From a bacterium (lineage in GTDB: Bacteria > Sysuimicrobiota > Sysuimicrobiia > Sysuimicrobiales > Humicultoraceae), in NCBI GenBank assembly GCA_041497675.1, contig JBGQGY010000126.1, forward strand, positions 1 through 10,085: DNA of 10,085 bases. The letters run 5' to 3'. The notes beneath the pieces are model-generated. The model worked only from the letters and a program-made list of their open reading frames with translations. It did no database searches and was not told where the DNA came from. The position numbers and the translations under genes are program-made. Positions 6,190 through 10,085 of this stretch are shown one piece after another (positions within the stretch are counted from its first letter, which is position 1; every line of letters starts with the position of its first letter).

Positions 6190-7014
6190 TCACTCCCGAC
6201 CTGTCGGGTCGTACGCGCCCCGCAGCCCCTCGCCAAAGAGGTTCAGGCCGAGCACCGAGAGGACGATCGCCAGACCGGGAAACGTCACCACCCACCACGA
6301 GGTCTGCAGGTACAACCGCCCCTCGTTGACCATGTTGCCCCAGGTCGGCATCGGCGGCTGCACGCCCAGCCCCAGGTATGAGAGCGACGATTCCAGCAGG
6401 ATGATCCGGCCGATCTCCAGGTTCATCAGGATGATGATGTCCGTCAGCACGTTCTTGAAGATGTGCGCGGTCAGGATGCGCCGGTCGGGCGCGCCGGTGG
6501 CGCGGGCCGCCTCGACATACTGCATCTCGCGCACCACCAGCACCTGCGCGCGGATGACGCGTACGTAGCGCACCCACTCGGCGATCACAAACACGAGAAT
6601 CAGAATGCCGATCCCGCGCCCGAGCACCGCGACCATCGTGATGGCGAGCAGGATGGTGGGAAAGGCAAGCTGGATATCGACGATGCGCATCAGCACGTTG
6701 TCGATCGCGCCGCGGTAGAATCCCGCGACCAGACCGAGCGACACGCCCAACCCCGCGGTCACAGCCACGGCCGTCAGCGAGATTCCCACCGTCACGCGCG
6801 CGGCGTGCAGCATGCGGCTGAGGATGTCGCGGCCCAGTTGATCGGTCCCCAGCCAGTGCGCGGGTTTCCCCTCACCGCCCCGTGTCGGCGGGGTGAGGCG
6901 CGCCGCCAGGTTGACCTCCACCGGGTTGTGTGGCGCGAGCGACGGACCAAACGCCGCCGCGAAGAGCAGCAGCACCACGACCACTGTGCCGGCGACCCCC
7001 ATCCGGCCCTTCAC
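6190..7014 (-). CDS. ABC transporter permease, DppC/OppC-type
   Basis: HWLGTDQLGRDILSR, EAA loop YVEAARATGA, LSYLGLGVQPPMPTWGNM and NLFGEGLR. GTGA overlap with the upstream permease. Confidence 0.95.
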   Translation of the reverse strand: MKGRMGVAGTVVVVLLLFAAAFGPSLAPHNPVEVNLAARLTPPTRGGEGKPAHWLGTDQLGRDILSRMLHAARVTVGISLTAVAVTAGLGVSLGLVAGFYRGAIDNVLMRIVDIQLAFPTILLAITMVAVLGRGIGILILVFVIAEWVRYVRVIRAQVLVVREMQYVEAARATGAPDRRILTAHIFKNVLTDIIILMNLEIGRIILLESSLSYLGLGVQPPMPTWGNMVNEGRLYLQTSWWVVTFPGLAIVLSVLGLNLFGEGLRGAYDPTGRE

Positions 7015-7928
7015 TGGTAGCGCACCGCCGGATTGATAAACGAGTAGACGATGTCCACGATGAGATTGATCAGCGTGAAGATGGCGGCCGCCACGAGCAC
7101 ACCGGACGTCACGATCGGGAAGTCGCGATTCTCCACGGCCTGGACGATGAGCCGGCCGATCCCCGGCCAGGCGAAGACGTTTTCGGTGATGACCGCGCCG
7201 CCCAGCAGCGAGCCCATCTCGAGCCCGACGAGCGTGACGATCGGGATCAGCGTGTTGCGTAGCGCGTGCCGGTAGAGCACGGCGGCCCGCGGCAGCCCCT
7301 TCGCGTGCGCGGTCCGGATGTACTGGCGCGACAGCACGTCGATCATGCCCGAACGCGTAAAGCGGGTCAGCACCGCGATGCGCCCAAACGCCAGCGTGGC
7401 GACGGGCAGAATCAACCGGTCGAGCGACCCACCCCCCGACGGCGGCAGCAGCGGATACTTCACGGCAAATAGCATGATGAGGACGCTGCCGAAGAAGAAC
7501 GTAGGCGCCGCGAGCCCGAGCGCGGAGGTGGCGATGACCGCGTCGTCCAGCACCGACGCGCGGCGCGTGGCGGCCAGCACGCCGAGCGGGATGGCGACGA
7601 CGGTCGAGACCGCCAGCGCCCCGAACGCTAGCAGCATGGTTGCCGGTAGCCGCTCGAGGATCAGCGCCATCGCCGGCGTGTCGTGCCGCAGCGACCGGCC
7701 AAAATCGCCGCGGACCGCCCGCGTGAGAAAGTGAAGGTACTGCACAATGACCGGCCGGTCGAGCCCCATGATCTTGCGGAACTCCTCGACCTGCCGGGGC
7801 CCGGCGTCGGCGCCCAGCATCATCGAGATCGGATCGCCGCTGGCAAACACCGCAAAAAACGTGATCGCCGACACCCCCAACAGCACCAGCACGCTGTATG
7901 CGAGCCGTCTGAGGATGTAGGCGATCAC
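7011..7928 (-). CDS. ABC transporter permease, DppB/OppB-type
   Basis: YILRRL, GLDRPVIVQY, GDFGRS, YIRTAHAKGL...RHALRN, GGAVITENVFAWPGIG and INPAVRY. Confidence 0.95.
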   Translation of the reverse strand: MIAYILRRLAYSVLVLLGVSAITFFAVFASGDPISMMLGADAGPRQVEEFRKIMGLDRPVIVQYLHFLTRAVRGDFGRSLRHDTPAMALILERLPATMLLAFGALAVSTVVAIPLGVLAATRRASVLDDAVIATSALGLAAPTFFFGSVLIMLFAVKYPLLPPSGGGSLDRLILPVATLAFGRIAVLTRFTRSGMIDVLSRQYIRTAHAKGLPRAAVLYRHALRNTLIPIVTLVGLEMGSLLGGAVITENVFAWPGIGRLIVQAVENRDFPIVTSGVLVAAAIFTLINLIVDIVYSFINPAVRYQ

Positions 7929-7941
7929 CGGGCCGGGTGTT

Positions 7942-9474
7942 CTACTGCACGCTCACGTTCGTGAAGGTGAAGATCTCAAACGGGCTCGGCTTGAAGTCCT
8001 TCACCCGCTTGTTGAGGCCGTAGACCCCGGGAATGGTCATCAAGTTGAACGACAGCATGTTCTCGTGCACGTACGAATCCACCGCCGCGACCATCTTCGC
8101 GCGCTTGACGCGGTCGGCCTCGCCCATCTGCTCGTGGATCAAGTCGTCGAGCTTGGGATCGACGATGTAGAGCGCCTCGCGCTGCGAGTCGAACGTGCGG
8201 AAGACCTGGTCGGGCTCGCCGGTGCTGTTGCCTGACGACAGCATGAAGACGCCCTTGAACTCCTTCCTCGTGCGCATGCTGGCGAACACACCCCACTCGA
8301 AGACCTTGAAGTCGACGGTGAAGCCGGCCTTGTTGAGGAAGTCGGCGATCGCCAGGCCCACCTCGTGGTCGAGCAGGAAGCGCCCTCGGCCGATCATGAA
8401 GGTCAGCGGCAATCCGTTTGGATAGCCCGCCTCGGCCAGCAGCCGCTTCGACCTCGCAGGGTCGTAGATGTAGGGCTTCAGGTTCTGGTTGTAGCCCCAC
8501 GAGAATCGGTCCAGCCAGCCGGTCTGTCTGCCGGCCTGCCCACCGTAGATCGCGATGTTGATCGCGCGGGTGTTGATCGCGTGCGCGATCGCCAGCCGCA
8601 CGCGCTTGTCATTGAGCTCCGGTGTGGTGAGGGCCGCGAACTCGATCAGAACGCGCCGCACGGTTGGCGCAAAGGTGACCGTGGCCCGGCCGCTGGCATT
8701 TACGCGCGCGGCGTCCGCCGGCGGGATGCCGTCGACGATGTCCGCGGTCCCGGCCAGCAGTTCGGCCACGCGCGTCGCCTCGTCCGGCACCTGTTTGAAG
8801 ACGAGCGTTTTCACCTTTGGCGGGCCGCCCCAGTAGTTCGCGTTGGCCTCCATCACGATTTCTTCACCCCTGACCTGGCGGAGAAACTTGAACGGCCCCG
8901 TGCCGACCGGCTTCGCAAAGAACGCGTCCTTGCCCATGCGTTCGAACGTATCCTTGGGCAGCATCGCCATGCGGCCGAAGTCCTGCGGGACCGCGACGGA
9001 CGGGGTCTTGGTGCGGATCCGCACCGTGTAGTCGTCGATGGCTTCCGCGCGCTCGATGAACGAGTAGATCCGTCCCCAGATCGAACGCGTCGCAGGGTCG
9101 AAGATGCGCGTGATGCTAAAGACCACGTCCTTCGACGTGAACGGCGCGCCGTCGTGCCACTTCACACCCTTGCGCAGCTCGAAAACCCACGACGTCGGCG
9201 ACTCCCACTTCCACGAGGTGGCCAGATACGGGGTCAGCTTGCCCTCTTCGTTCACACGGGCGAGCGGGTCGAACATCGCGTACTGCACGTGGAACGACGA
9301 GTTGAGGAACTCAACGTGCGGGTCGGCGACCAGCGGGAGCAGCGACTGGACGAACGTCAGCGTGCCCCGCGGCGCCTGTTGAGCCGCCACCGGTGCGCCC
9401 GCCCCGGCCAGCAGCGAGGCGGCGAGCAGCGATGTCGCCAGCACGGCGACGACAATCCTGCGTGATATCAGCAC
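7942..9474 (-). CDS. ABC transporter solute-binding protein, family 5 (DppA/OppA/GsiB-like)
   Basis: Signal peptide ending PVAA-QQ; motifs WVFELRKGVKWHDGAPFTSKDVVFS, PVGTGPFKF and DKRVRLAIAHAIN. The start was moved to GTG 9474, 7 nt after GGAGGAGG (9489-9482). Confidence 0.95.
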   Translation of the reverse strand: MLISRRIVVAVLATSLLAASLLAGAGAPVAAQQAPRGTLTFVQSLLPLVADPHVEFLNSSFHVQYAMFDPLARVNEEGKLTPYLATSWKWESPTSWVFELRKGVKWHDGAPFTSKDVVFSITRIFDPATRSIWGRIYSFIERAEAIDDYTVRIRTKTPSVAVPQDFGRMAMLPKDTFERMGKDAFFAKPVGTGPFKFLRQVRGEEIVMEANANYWGGPPKVKTLVFKQVPDEATRVAELLAGTADIVDGIPPADAARVNASGRATVTFAPTVRRVLIEFAALTTPELNDKRVRLAIAHAINTRAINIAIYGGQAGRQTGWLDRFSWGYNQNLKPYIYDPARSKRLLAEAGYPNGLPLTFMIGRGRFLLDHEVGLAIADFLNKAGFTVDFKVFEWGVFASMRTRKEFKGVFMLSSGNSTGEPDQVFRTFDSQREALYIVDPKLDDLIHEQMGEADRVKRAKMVAAVDSYVHENMLSFNLMTIPGVYGLNKRVKDFKPSPFEIFTFTNVSVQ

Positions 9475-9499
9475 TGTGTGCCCTCCTCCAAACAAGTCT

Positions 9500-10085
9500 C
9501 TACCAGGTTGGCCGGGGTGCCCACCGCGTGCCGGGGTGATCCTTTGGAATCACACCGTAACACCAGTCGCCCGGCCGCACGGGGTAGTTGCGCGCCCAGT
9601 ACGCGAGATAACCATCCATCGGGCTGACCAAATCCTCGATCACCTCGAAGGTGAATGGGTTGAGGACGCGGCCGAGCCGCTCGCCCTGCTTCACCTCGCG
9701 GCCAAAAACGTCGACGGCGTGTTCCGGGATCATGTAACCGCCCGCGCGCGGGTTCACGCGGTGCACCGTTTCGTACAACAGATACCGCTCGGGGAGCCGC
9801 ATCGTGCCCGCCGTCATCCCCAGGTGGATCATGACGTTGTGGATCCCCTGCAGGTTCATCTGCAGCCATGTTTCTTCCTGGTCGCGGTCGAACCCCGCCC
9901 CACCCAGCATGCTGCCGCAGCACGGCACGCCGAGCACCTCGCCGGTGTAGCCCTGACTCGAGCGCGGGCCCGGCCACCCAGTCGCCATGTGGGTTGCGAA
10001 AATCAAAGGGTTCCCAAAGGCGAGGCTCATATCGAGACTTTTCTTGGCGACGTCTTTGTTGGAGTAGTCGACGCCGACGATCGAT
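9500..10085 (-). CDS. M14-family succinylglutamate desuccinylase/aspartoacylase-like protein, C-terminal part (5' end outside window)
   Basis: The frame stays open to the window edge (..SIVGVDYSNKDVAKKSLDMSLAFG..). It contains GVPCCGSMLGG...GIHNVMIHLGM followed by a barrel-sandwich hybrid-like tail (PRAGGY...EVKQGERLGRVLNPFTFEVIEDLVSPMDG...VRPGD) typical of AstE/AspA-like proteins. The Zn-ligand region is not visible. Confidence 0.8.
   Translation of the reverse strand, partial: SIVGVDYSNKDVAKKSLDMSLAFGNPLIFATHMATGWPGPRSSQGYTGEVLGVPCCGSMLGGAGFDRDQEETWLQMNLQGIHNVMIHLGMTAGTMRLPERYLLYETVHRVNPRAGGYMIPEHAVDVFGREVKQGERLGRVLNPFTFEVIEDLVSPMDGYLAYWARNYPVRPGDWCYGVIPKDHPGTRWAPRPTW

Noticed and set aside
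9468..9977. 169-aa minus-strand ORF overlapping the M14-like gene
   Set aside because: Alternative frame of a better-supported gene, with no recognisable motifs.

Overview
GC-rich bacterial DNA, densely coding, in three blocks. (1) Bases 80-1668: an apparently orphan AbrB/MazE-type gene, a VOC/PhnB-like protein with a basic N-terminal tail, and a convergent RHH-antitoxin/PIN-toxin (vapBC-like) pair with a near-consensus sigma70 promoter overlapped by two palindromic operators. (2) Bases 1780-6186, + strand: two amidase-signature amidases formed by a 1420-bp head-to-tail duplication, coupled to a family-5 (Dpp/Opp-type) solute-binding protein. (3) Bases 6190-10085, - strand: a partial M14 (AstE/AspA-like) protein, a second family-5 binding protein and DppB/DppC-type permeases, with no ATPase in the window. 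Most gene families are well known. The most notable points are the duplicated amidases with locally clustered divergence, an M14 protein whose expected catalytic Glu appears to be Met, and the convergent two-binding-protein/one-permease-pair layout. Together these suggest an uncharacterised amide/N-acyl uptake and hydrolysis locus. No rRNA, tRNA, CRISPR array or transposase was seen. All family calls come from reading motifs by eye, not from database searches.
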